From Squalus acanthias (Eukaryota): 64,000 nt of DNA. Positions 1 through 7,476 of the stretch are shown here, in pieces. The stretch is taken from the NCBI GenBank assembly GCA_030390025.1, contig CM059431.1, forward strand, positions 96,350,001 through 96,414,000, given 5' to 3'. The translations under genes and the position numbers were made by a program. Within the stretch, counting starts at the first letter, position 1; each line of letters starts with the position of its first letter. The notes under the pieces are model-generated. The model saw only the letters and a list, made by a program, of their open reading frames with translations. It was not told the origin of the DNA and searched no databases.

Positions 1-2
1 AG

Positions 3-270
3 CGTCACGGCAAGCTGAGGCCGGTTGTCTATTCGTCCAGAGTGTTAACGGATGTGGAGAGAAGTTTCTCCAATTGCGAAAGGCACCTTTTAGCCACGCA
101 TTGGGCTGTGAAAAGATCAGCGATCTTCACAGGGCTCTCTCCCATCACTCTCCTCACCCATCACACACCAACTAAGATGCTTCTAGATGGGAGGATTAAA
201 GATGGGACCGTAAGCAGCGTGCGTATTGCGCGCTGGACCCTTCTTCTTTCCCAGATGGATCTTAAAGTAA
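3..270 (+). other. Degenerate Ty3/gypsy-type RNase H (tether/connection domain) within pol
   Basis: PVVYSSRVLTDVERSFSNCERHLLATHWAV...LLTHHTP...RIARWTLLL follows the Ty3-type RNase H pattern (PVAYxSRxL..AE..YS..EKELLA..WA...TDHxPL...RxxRW). The catalytic Glu and Asp positions read as His. Confidence 0.8.
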
Positions 271-2987
271 AAGGTCTTTGCGAGCCCAGGCTTGCGGCCA
301 ATTTGGTATACCCCGGTACAGCCCACCGATGTTCGGTGGAAGGGGTGTGGGACGTCAACATAGGTTTGCGGGCCGGGATACATCCCAATGGGCGCGAGAT
401 TTATGTTGATGGGTCTAGCACAGTATCTGCTGGCGAACGACTCACAGGGTGTGGAGTTTATGACCCTGCGGCAAACCTTGCCCTGGCGATCAAGCTCCCT
501 AGCACCATGAGCGCGCAGCAGGCTGAGCTGTCTGCCGTGGTGTACGTTGTTACCCACCCAGACATTTTCCCAACCCCATACACGATTTGCTCGGACAGTA
601 TGTTCACCTGCAATTCGTGTACGGAATACCTGGCCATTTGGTCCCGCCGTGGATACACCTCCGCGGACGGGCGACCTTTAACGGTGAAGCCCTTGCTGGA
701 AAAGATCTTAGCAGCAGCAGCAGGGGAGGAAGGGGAGATTTTCATCCATAAGGTGAAAGCTCACTCCTCCACAGAGCCCCGTGGGGAGGGCAACCAGCAG
801 GCGGATGCGCTAGCCAGGGAAGGTGCCCGCAACGGCATTTTCTGGGACCCCTATGGGACCAGACCCATGGCAGCGATCCAAGGCAGGGACGGGAATCCCG
901 GGAACACCAGGGTAGCATTGCCCCTAGACCTTAAGACCGTCCAAACCCAGGATCCCGCCCTAAAAGCAGTCCTAAAAACCATTGTTGAGGGGAAGCAGGT
1001 AGAAGGTCCGTACAGTACGGCAACCCTCTCAGTTAAGGAAGGCATGCTGTTCCGCGAGGAGCAGTGGGTTGTGCCGCAGCAGCACACGAGGGAATTCCTC
1101 CAGTTGGCTCACGAGGGACCAGGGGCAGGGCACCCCGGGCCCGAGGTTACCTGGCAACGGGTAGAGCAAGCGGGATGGTGGCCAGGGCTCAGGGAACAAG
1201 TCCGCGAGTTCTGTGCAAACTGTCTTGTGTGCGCTGCAAACAACCCAGACCCCCAGAAAAGGAAAGTGCCCATGGGACACGTAAGAAGGGTAGAGGGACC
1301 ATGGCAGTCGATACAGATCGACTATATAGGGCCCCTGCCTACCACCCAGGGAGGCTATAAATACTGCCTCGTCTTGGTGGATGTGTTTTCCAAGTGGGTG
1401 GAAGCCTTCCCCTGTCGAACAGCTTCGGCACTGGGTACTGCAAAAATCTTGGTCCGGGAAGTGTTCTCGCGGTGGGGACTCCCCCGTTTTGTGGAGTCAG
1501 ACCAAGGGAGTCATTTCACCGGCCAGGTGATGCAGAACACCCTCATGCTTTTGGGCATTGAAGGGAAGCGGCACGTAGCACACAATCCCCAGTCATCCGG
1601 GATTGTTGAACGCATGAACCGGACCCTGAAGGAGAAATTGAGGAAAGAGACTAGGAACTCGCCCCAAAAATGGGCGGAAGTTCTGCCTTTAGTCCTCATG
1701 GGGGTCCGGGCCAGTCAGTCAAAAAGTACGGGGTACTCCCCGCACGAGGTGATGACTGGGAGGCTCATGCGAACCCCCACCCATGTGCTAGCGCCGGTGC
1801 TCACTGAGGGTCAGCTCCAAGAGATAAGCAGGGACAAGTTCGCCCAGACCCTCTTGGAGCGCCTGAAGCAGGTTTATGAGCAGGCGGCTGGGAACATGGG
1901 AAGGCAGCATCAGGGCAATCGCCTGTTGCTGGAACCCCGCAAAACGCGGGAGTGGGAAGTAGGAGACCAGGTTATGGTCAGAAACTACGCCAGAGTAGGG
2001 AGTCTGGAACCACTGTATATGGGACCCTACAATATTGTAGATAAGGCGAGTCCCATGGTATACGCCGTAAAGGTACCTCGGCGCACTAAGTGGTTCCACG
2101 TAAACCAGTGCAAACTGTACAAGCCAGGTGCGCAAGGGAAAACCACAGGGGTAAAGCCCGCGAGTGGGGGAGCGCAGCCCCAGGTCGGACCACAAGGCAC
2201 ACAGGCAGGCAAAGCAGCTTGCATCAGGGGAGGAGACATCCTGGAAGATCACGAAGCATTTTTGTGGGGATGGGAGTCAGATGAGGATAGTGATGAAGGC
2301 GAGTGGGTTTTGGGGAACGTAAGGGGCGTTCCCATTTTAGGTATATGGAGGACACGGACTGCAGATGGAGATCCGCACAGGGCGGAGCCACAAGCTGCAG
2401 GTCCCGAACACAGGAGGGAGGAGCTAGGGGAGGCGGAGCCAGCCGCTGTGGGACCACAGGGAGTGACGGTGAGAACCTCCGAGCCCGAGCCGCCCGCTTT
2501 GAACGTCCCGCCCTCGGGGGAGGCAGAGATCGCGAGTGAAGGGTCGCCTGCTGGGCCGAGCAGGGCGGAGCCACAAACTGCAAGCCCCGAGGTTAGGGAG
2601 GCGGAGTCAGCGGAGGCGGAGCCAGCGACTGTGGTGGAACCACAGGTCGTCCCGATGGAAGTCTCGGAACCCGGTCCGTCGGTCATGGGATCCCTGCCCC
2701 TGACAACTCCCCGTAGGTCAAGTAGAGAACCCCAGCCCAGGAAGATGTGGGTATGGCCCCAGACTGTCCCAAGGCGTAGACTCAAGGTTAAGGCAGCCCA
2801 GATACAGCCCGGCCCCATCGCAGCAGCAACAGGCTGCGGCAGATCAGAGGAAGGGGTCAGTGCAGCAACAGGCTGCGGCAGATCAGAGGAAGGGGTCAGT
2901 GCAGCAACAGGCTGCGGCAGATCAGAGGAAAAGGTCAGAGCCCTCCCACCGTCTGGAAGAGCTCGCAGCAGCCTTCTCAGAATTTAA
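3..2987 (+). CDS. pol: Pol polyprotein, C-terminal part (5'-truncated by the window): degenerate RNase H/tether, RNase H, integrase, low-complexity tail
   Basis: The frame is open from base 3 (RHGKLRPVVYSSRVLTDVERSFSNCERHLLA), so the GTG at 42 is not a true start. RNase H motifs: IYVDGS, SAQQAEL, ICSDS, KVKAHS, GNQQADALA. Integrase motifs: HHCC, QIDYIGP, ESDQG, IVERMN, GPY. Stop TAA at 2985-2987. Confidence 0.95.
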   Translation, partial: RHGKLRPVVYSSRVLTDVERSFSNCERHLLATHWAVKRSAIFTGLSPITLLTHHTPTKMLLDGRIKDGTVSSVRIARWTLLLSQMDLKVKGLCEPRLAANLVYPGTAHRCSVEGVWDVNIGLRAGIHPNGREIYVDGSSTVSAGERLTGCGVYDPAANLALAIKLPSTMSAQQAELSAVVYVVTHPDIFPTPYTICSDSMFTCNSCTEYLAIWSRRGYTSADGRPLTVKPLLEKILAAAAGEEGEIFIHKVKAHSSTEPRGEGNQQADALAREGARNGIFWDPYGTRPMAAIQGRDGNPGNTRVALPLDLKTVQTQDPALKAVLKTIVEGKQVEGPYSTATLSVKEGMLFREEQWVVPQQHTREFLQLAHEGPGAGHPGPEVTWQRVEQAGWWPGLREQVREFCANCLVCAANNPDPQKRKVPMGHVRRVEGPWQSIQIDYIGPLPTTQGGYKYCLVLVDVFSKWVEAFPCRTASALGTAKILVREVFSRWGLPRFVESDQGSHFTGQVMQNTLMLLGIEGKRHVAHNPQSSGIVERMNRTLKEKLRKETRNSPQKWAEVLPLVLMGVRASQSKSTGYSPHEVMTGRLMRTPTHVLAPVLTEGQLQEISRDKFAQTLLERLKQVYEQAAGNMGRQHQGNRLLLEPRKTREWEVGDQVMVRNYARVGSLEPLYMGPYNIVDKASPMVYAVKVPRRTKWFHVNQCKLYKPGAQGKTTGVKPASGGAQPQVGPQGTQAGKAACIRGGDILEDHEAFLWGWESDEDSDEGEWVLGNVRGVPILGIWRTRTADGDPHRAEPQAAGPEHRREELGEAEPAAVGPQGVTVRTSEPEPPALNVPPSGEAEIASEGSPAGPSRAEPQTASPEVREAESAEAEPATVVEPQVVPMEVSEPGPSVMGSLPLTTPRRSSREPQPRKMWVWPQTVPRRRLKVKAAQIQPGPIAAATGCGRSEEGVSAATGCGRSEEGVSAATGCGRSEEKVRALPPSGRARSSLLRI
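396..830 (+). other. Second, catalytically intact RNase HI-type domain within pol
   Basis: D (YVDGS, 408-410), E (QQAEL), D (CSDS), H (KAHS) and D (QADALA, 804-806) are all present. Confidence 0.92.
1110..2125 (+). other. Integrase domain within pol (HHCC zinc finger, D,D(35)E core, GPY/F motif)
   Basis: His at 1110 and 1131, CxxC at ~1221-1232. D at 1320, D at 1500 and E at 1608, with 35 residues between the last two. LEPLYMGPYNIV at ~2004-2040. Confidence 0.95.
2379..2672 (+). repeat. Diverged direct duplication (two ~110-bp copies, 183 bp apart) in the pol C-terminal tail
   Basis: AGGGCGGAGCCACAA at 2379 and 2562. Peptides RAEPQAAGPEHRREELGEAEPAAVGPQ..SEP and RAEPQTASPEVREAESAEAEPATVVEPQ..SEP. 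Confidence 0.85.
2823..2938 (+). repeat. 3 x 39-bp near-perfect tandem repeat encoding AATGCGRSEEGVS at the end of pol
   Basis: GCAGCAACAGGCTGCGGCAGATCAGAGGAAGGGGTCAGT starts at 2823, 2862 and 2901. Confidence 0.95.
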
Positions 2988-3220
2988 AGGGGGCCGCCCT
3001 GAGAACGGGCGGCGCTGTACAGTTATAGTTTTAGATAAGTTTATAAGTTTCTAAGTTTATAGTTTAAGGTTAAGAATAAGTTTATAGTTTTAAATCAGGT
3101 TAAGTTTGTAGTTTAATTTTAACAGAAAATGGCAAAATGATGGGAGCTTTAGAGTTTTAGGTTTAGTTAAAGTTTATTCAGCGAACATTGAAGTTTACGT
3201 GAGGCGAGGTCAGGGGACCC

Positions 3221-3284
3221 GCTCACCCTTCACAGAAGCCAGAGACTCTTGCGAGGCTGGCTACCTCATTCTATCTGATCACAG
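3221..3284 (+). promoter_or_regulatory. Candidate env splice acceptors
   Basis: CTCACCCTTCACAG (AG 3234-3235) and CTCATTCTATCTGATCACAG (AG 3283-3284) lie just upstream of the env ATG. Retroviral env is normally expressed from a spliced RNA. Confidence 0.45.
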
Positions 3285-3297
3285 GAACCAAGGAAGG

Positions 3298-5649
3298 ATG
3301 GAACGAATTCTAGTATTGCTCGTGGCAATCGGATGTGGATTGGCCTATCGAGGCCGCACCAAGGATGTCGTGGTGTTTGGATGCTCCGGGGACACGGCCC
3401 CCATCGCGGTGGATGGGACCGGAAGACGGGAGGCTGAGGAGACCACCACCTATTTCCACAAGGGAAGGTGGCCAGGATGGCTGGGAACGAACTCAACGGA
3501 GTATTCCAGCACATCGGGGTTTGCCTACCAAGAGACTTCTTTAATGTGCCCCAAAGTAAGGATCATCGCACCCAGGATCAGCGTCACCGTCGGCAAACGG
3601 ATTTGTTTGACTTGTAGTGGGAATGTCCCATTGAGCCGATGGTGGTGGCTGCGAAAGCTGAGCAAAAACATGAGGAACTCTTCGGTCGAGTGGGAACGAC
3701 TGGGTAATAATACCCATCGGACAATTACGGGGACAAATGGACAAGTGAGAGTCTGTTGGGACAAATGGTGGGAACCGGATGAGGGAATTTATGTATGCAT
3801 GTGGGGGTCAAAGTACGCTTGCCCCAAAGGCATCTCCATATTTTTCATTAATCAATGGCAGGATAACGGACAGGGGATGAGGTGGGATGCGAGCACCAGG
3901 GGGTGCGGAGCCCCATACTCTTCGATCCCGGTAAATGCCACTGAACTCATTACGCGCCCACGCAAAGCCCCGCCCACGATTCCGGTGGTTCTAGCTGAAG
4001 AGGAAGGGTGCCCTAAAACTAGTAAGGGACCCGGGAATGGTTTGGTACTGGTCCCCACAGACCAGATACTATTCCAGGGGGTACATTACGCGGTGGCCTC
4101 GGTGATTTTAAATCTCACCGAGGTACGGTTACCAGAGTGGTGCCCCAAAAAGACGGAACAGTTGTATCAGGTCCTGTTGACCAAGATGTTCAGACAATTT
4201 TACGAATTCGATTTCGCGGAAATTGATAAAACAAGTTTGTACACCGCACCACAGGAAGTTTTGGATCAAGTAGGGAGGCAAAGAAGGGGTGTAGTGAACG
4301 ACGCGTTCACTGCTTTCAACACAGGTACATCTGTGGTCAACGCTCTAGACAGTGTGGAGCTGCAGACCCAGATTAATGGTTTAAAGACGCAATTAAAAGA
4401 CATTCTAACAGATGAGAATAAAGTGGTAGGGTCGGGTTTACACGAGGACCAAGCCATGACTCTCCATTTAAAGGAAATTATAGCAGAGTTAGAGAAACAT
4501 GCAAAGACGGTAAATGCCCTGATTAGGGAAGATCGGAATGCATCCGATCAAGCTGCGCAGAACGAGGTGTGCGTGCTTTACGGGGCGTGGTTACTGGGCG
4601 AGGGCCGCAGTAATTTGGAGGATTTAAAACAAGGTTTGGTCCCGTCCTGGATAAGTAACAAACACCTGCGGGCGCTCCACCCTTTTCAGAACGCATTAAG
4701 CCCGTGCCAGCTCAGGCTAGCTTCAGAAGCATACCCAGTCCCCGTGGACTGCGGACGATCAAACCATACTATCATGGGTATAGTACTACGTATGCCGGTT
4801 TTGGGCGACACAGCAAAGCCCGCCCCGGTATATCGGGTAGAGAACATTGGTGTCATTCAGGGGGGAGCCCACATTCGCTACGCAGCGGTTCCACCCTACG
4901 TCATCCGCTGGGAGCAAACGATGACAGGTACAGATCTCTCTGGTTGTCGTGGCAGGGGAGCACACATAATACTGTGCCCCCAGCACTTGAATGCCTTTTT
5001 AACACCACAGTGCGGGTTCAGAACGGCTGGCGCCAAGTCCATGAATTGCACCATGGAGGCAATGGCACAAGATCATGTGCCTCCGCAGGTAGCATACATC
5101 GGGGGTGGAACATATTGTGTTACCACTGCAGCGCAACACTACCAGCATGGAAACCGTAGCCGGTGTCCGGTGAGTGACAGCAGTTTCTGTTTCAAACCCA
5201 GGGCGGAAGTTCAAGTAGCACAACAGCGAATTGTCCCAATCCCTGAACCATCCACTGTTCATCTAACGGTAAAAGAGAATTTCACCGACTTGCAGCGATT
5301 CGTCGCGCATTTCGGATACCTCATTCCCCCTCTCCCTGAACACCTCACCAAGCTTTTGAAAGCCGTCGCGGTGTCACAAAAACATTTTTACACACTAGAG
5401 CAGAAAACTGTCGAAATAGGGACAGACATTCTGGATATAGTAATTCCACCGTGGTGGAATCTGTTCACCAATATTGAAGTGCCTTCATGGATCAGGATAG
5501 CCTCCCACATTTTAGTCGTATGCCAAGTTTTTATTGTAGTGTACCTATTGGTCGTACATTGTAAAAGAGACAAACGCCTCACCAAGCATGAAAACACGGG
5601 AGAGTGGCGAGAACGTTACGTGCGCGTGCACGATGAAAGCACCGTGTGA
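3298..5649 (+). CDS. env: Envelope glycoprotein (783 aa): signal peptide, Ig-like domain, furin site, fusion peptide/heptad repeat, Cys-rich F-like region, TM anchor, short tail
   Basis: ATG 3298 in strong Kozak context (AGGATGG) is followed by the signal peptide MERILVLLVAIGCGLA. There are multiple NxS/T sequons. RQRR at 4276-4287 is followed by GVVNDAFTAFNTGTSVVNAL and a heptad repeat. The hydrophobic TM IASHILVVCQVFIVVYLLVV lies at ~5497-5556. Confidence 0.9.
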   Translation: MERILVLLVAIGCGLAYRGRTKDVVVFGCSGDTAPIAVDGTGRREAEETTTYFHKGRWPGWLGTNSTEYSSTSGFAYQETSLMCPKVRIIAPRISVTVGKRICLTCSGNVPLSRWWWLRKLSKNMRNSSVEWERLGNNTHRTITGTNGQVRVCWDKWWEPDEGIYVCMWGSKYACPKGISIFFINQWQDNGQGMRWDASTRGCGAPYSSIPVNATELITRPRKAPPTIPVVLAEEEGCPKTSKGPGNGLVLVPTDQILFQGVHYAVASVILNLTEVRLPEWCPKKTEQLYQVLLTKMFRQFYEFDFAEIDKTSLYTAPQEVLDQVGRQRRGVVNDAFTAFNTGTSVVNALDSVELQTQINGLKTQLKDILTDENKVVGSGLHEDQAMTLHLKEIIAELEKHAKTVNALIREDRNASDQAAQNEVCVLYGAWLLGEGRSNLEDLKQGLVPSWISNKHLRALHPFQNALSPCQLRLASEAYPVPVDCGRSNHTIMGIVLRMPVLGDTAKPAPVYRVENIGVIQGGAHIRYAAVPPYVIRWEQTMTGTDLSGCRGRGAHIILCPQHLNAFLTPQCGFRTAGAKSMNCTMEAMAQDHVPPQVAYIGGGTYCVTTAAQHYQHGNRSRCPVSDSSFCFKPRAEVQVAQQRIVPIPEPSTVHLTVKENFTDLQRFVAHFGYLIPPLPEHLTKLLKAVAVSQKHFYTLEQKTVEIGTDILDIVIPPWWNLFTNIEVPSWIRIASHILVVCQVFIVVYLLVVHCKRDKRLTKHENTGEWRERYVRVHDESTV

Positions 5650-6086
5650 TCGGAAAATGGCGTCACTCCCGCTCGCCACGTGCGCCGCGGAAGTTTGTAC
5701 TCGATCATGATTTTCAAAGACTGTAAATACGTTTGGAACTCGACATGTTTTAAGAGTTGGTGTTGATTATTTTGGTGATGGTTTGTAGTTAAAAATGATT
5801 GTTTGGTTTTGGGTTCTGTTTTTCCTTTCCCTGATTAAAAAGATGAATGTACAGGTGATACGAGAAGCGTTGGCCTGGTCACACCGGGAAGGAAAACAAG
5901 TGGTGTAAGTTTAAGGGCAAATGATGCCTACGGTGCTATAAAGTGTAATTTTTTTGGGAAATAAGGACGACACAAAGACCCTAGATAGTTTAAGTTATGG
6001 GATTAAATTTTCTGGATTCGGAGAAAATCGAGATAATTATTGCTCACCACAATATTTTTGATACGATAAGCGGAGTTCTTCGCATC

Positions 6087-6098
6087 AACAGGAGGGAC
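6087..6098 (+). promoter_or_regulatory. Polypurine tract (plus-strand primer site)
   Basis: AACAGGAGGGAC lies immediately 5' of the LTR start TGTAG at 6099. Confidence 0.8.
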
Positions 6099-6666
6099 TG
6101 TAGAATTCGCAATATATCGCGATTTTATAAATAAGGAGAGAACACATAGTTTCGTTCAAACAGCTTTTATTTCAGCAGAATGCTGTCAGGTTTTCAAAGT
6201 GGACACAAGCAGCTTGTAAAATGGCCACCGAGCATCGTGGCAGAAGCTTCCAGAATACAGTGGGCAGACAAGATGGCGTTCGAATAAACATTTCAGTATC
6301 AGATTGGTTAATACACAGCAAACACTGATAAAGACAGGATGCAACCTGTCTGCATTCGACACAATAGCAAAGATATAAGTGCTGGAATCATTCTCCATGC
6401 ACAAGTAAGGACCATTGTAATGGGCAATCGAAGGCCCATCCAGACACAGCAATACACATATCAGTATTCGAGAAGGCCCCAAACCCAGTCAGGGAGACTC
6501 CTAGCCGGCTCGACAATGGGGAAAACATTAACGGCTACTTGGCCAGTTTAAGGTGCTACCGAAACCCATTAAAGGAAAGAATCGCCCCATGCTGGGAGTT
6601 TTGTGCACCAGCATTTCACAAAGGACAAACATTAAGATTTGAGCGGGAGATAAGGGAACACAGCAC

Positions 6667-6671
6667 TATAA
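6667..6671 (+). promoter_or_regulatory. Candidate LTR TATA box
   Basis: TATAACTATAG is conserved in the solo LTR (16884-16894, minus strand) and is followed by a pyrimidine-rich tract. Confidence 0.4.
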
Positions 6672-7226
6672 CTATAGTGAACAAATGTCCATCAAGGGCT
6701 TATTCTCTGGATTCGACTTATATCTCTGCTGACTCTTGACTCGGGCTGGACTCTTGACTGATTGATCTCGCTGATGACTGCTGAACTTTTATTCTCCTAT
6801 TCTGATCCTCGGGTATCGCTCTGCTGGACGAGCAGCCTTCTGTTTTTCTCTGGACTCTGTTGACTACGAGACGAGACGAGACGAGAAGAAGAGGAGAAGA
6901 ATCCACGTACCGCCACGGTCAGTAAACCCCGATCGCGCCCGAAAATACAAGAAAGAACTGCAGCGAAACGAGCCGAGTGCCTTACTTTAAAATTCTCCGA
7001 GTTATCACGAGTGGTGAGCATGAGTCTCGAATCCTACGAATCTAGCTTAGGACAGATATTGATAGGGGAGGGTTTTAAGTATTAAGGATAATTGTAATGT
7101 GTGCCCCCATTTATGATGTGTCGTTCGTTCCTCGTTTCCCTGGAATTAGTTACATAACTGCGTGTAAGATTGTACTGTCATTAATCTGTGCTTATGACAT
7201 GTATTTCGTAATCTTAAGTATTATGC

Positions 7227-7232
7227 AATAAA
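7227..7232 (+). terminator. LTR polyadenylation signal AATAAA
   Basis: ATGCAATAAAGAT is conserved at the homologous position in the solo LTR (TTTATT at 16051-16056). Confidence 0.7.
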
Positions 7233-7476
7233 GATTTTCCATTTCGTACCATTCAACCGAGTCTACCTGAGTTTCATCTCCATTACTGCTCTCGCATCTA
7301 AGTCCAGTGTCTAGAACCGTAAGGGCGAGTGATTCGAACCACTCACAGGTGTGTCTAGTGCTCCCAGACTGGCTGGAGATCAGAACAGGCAACAAGGCCT
7401 AAACCCGCACTGACATACAGGCTGCACAGAGCCACGCGAATCTCACAGGCTGAGAGACACGTTCAAAACCCTTACA

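Larger units (their letters stand above)
1..7476 (+). mobile_element. Env-encoding LTR retroelement / endogenous retrovirus, 3' portion (pol-env-PPT-3'LTR), lokiretrovirus-like; the 5' part lies outside the window
   Basis: Order RNase H, integrase, env, PPT, TG...CA LTR. Both ORFs are uninterrupted. The element ends sharply at CCCTTACA (7476), where the satellite begins. The family assignment is inferred from the dual RNase H and the F-like Env. Confidence 0.93.
6099..7476 (+). repeat. 3' LTR, 1378 bp
   Basis: Starts TGTAGAATTCGCAAT after the PPT and ends CCCTTACA, giving TGTA/TACA termini. Both boundaries are independently confirmed by end-to-end homology with the solo LTR at 15842-17508. 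Confidence 0.93.

Noticed and set aside
2823..2938. The pol tail repeat has the same 39-bp period as the satellite
   Set aside because: There is no sequence similarity (GC/purine-rich versus TTCCA-rich); treated as coincidence.
2981..3013. -1 frameshift signal (TTTAAAG plus hairpin) at the pol stop
   Set aside because: The heptamer is not in the pol reading frame, and downstream frames close well before env.
3199..3297. Env start at GTG 3199 as given in the ORF track
   Set aside because: The signal peptide and a strong Kozak ATG begin at 3298. The upstream part overlaps candidate splice acceptors.
161..7395. Short antisense or overlapping ORFs in pol, env and the LTR, and ORFs in the solo LTR
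   Set aside because: They have no recognisable motifs, are expected shadows of GC-rich coding sequence, and are not maintained as intact ORFs between the two LTRs.
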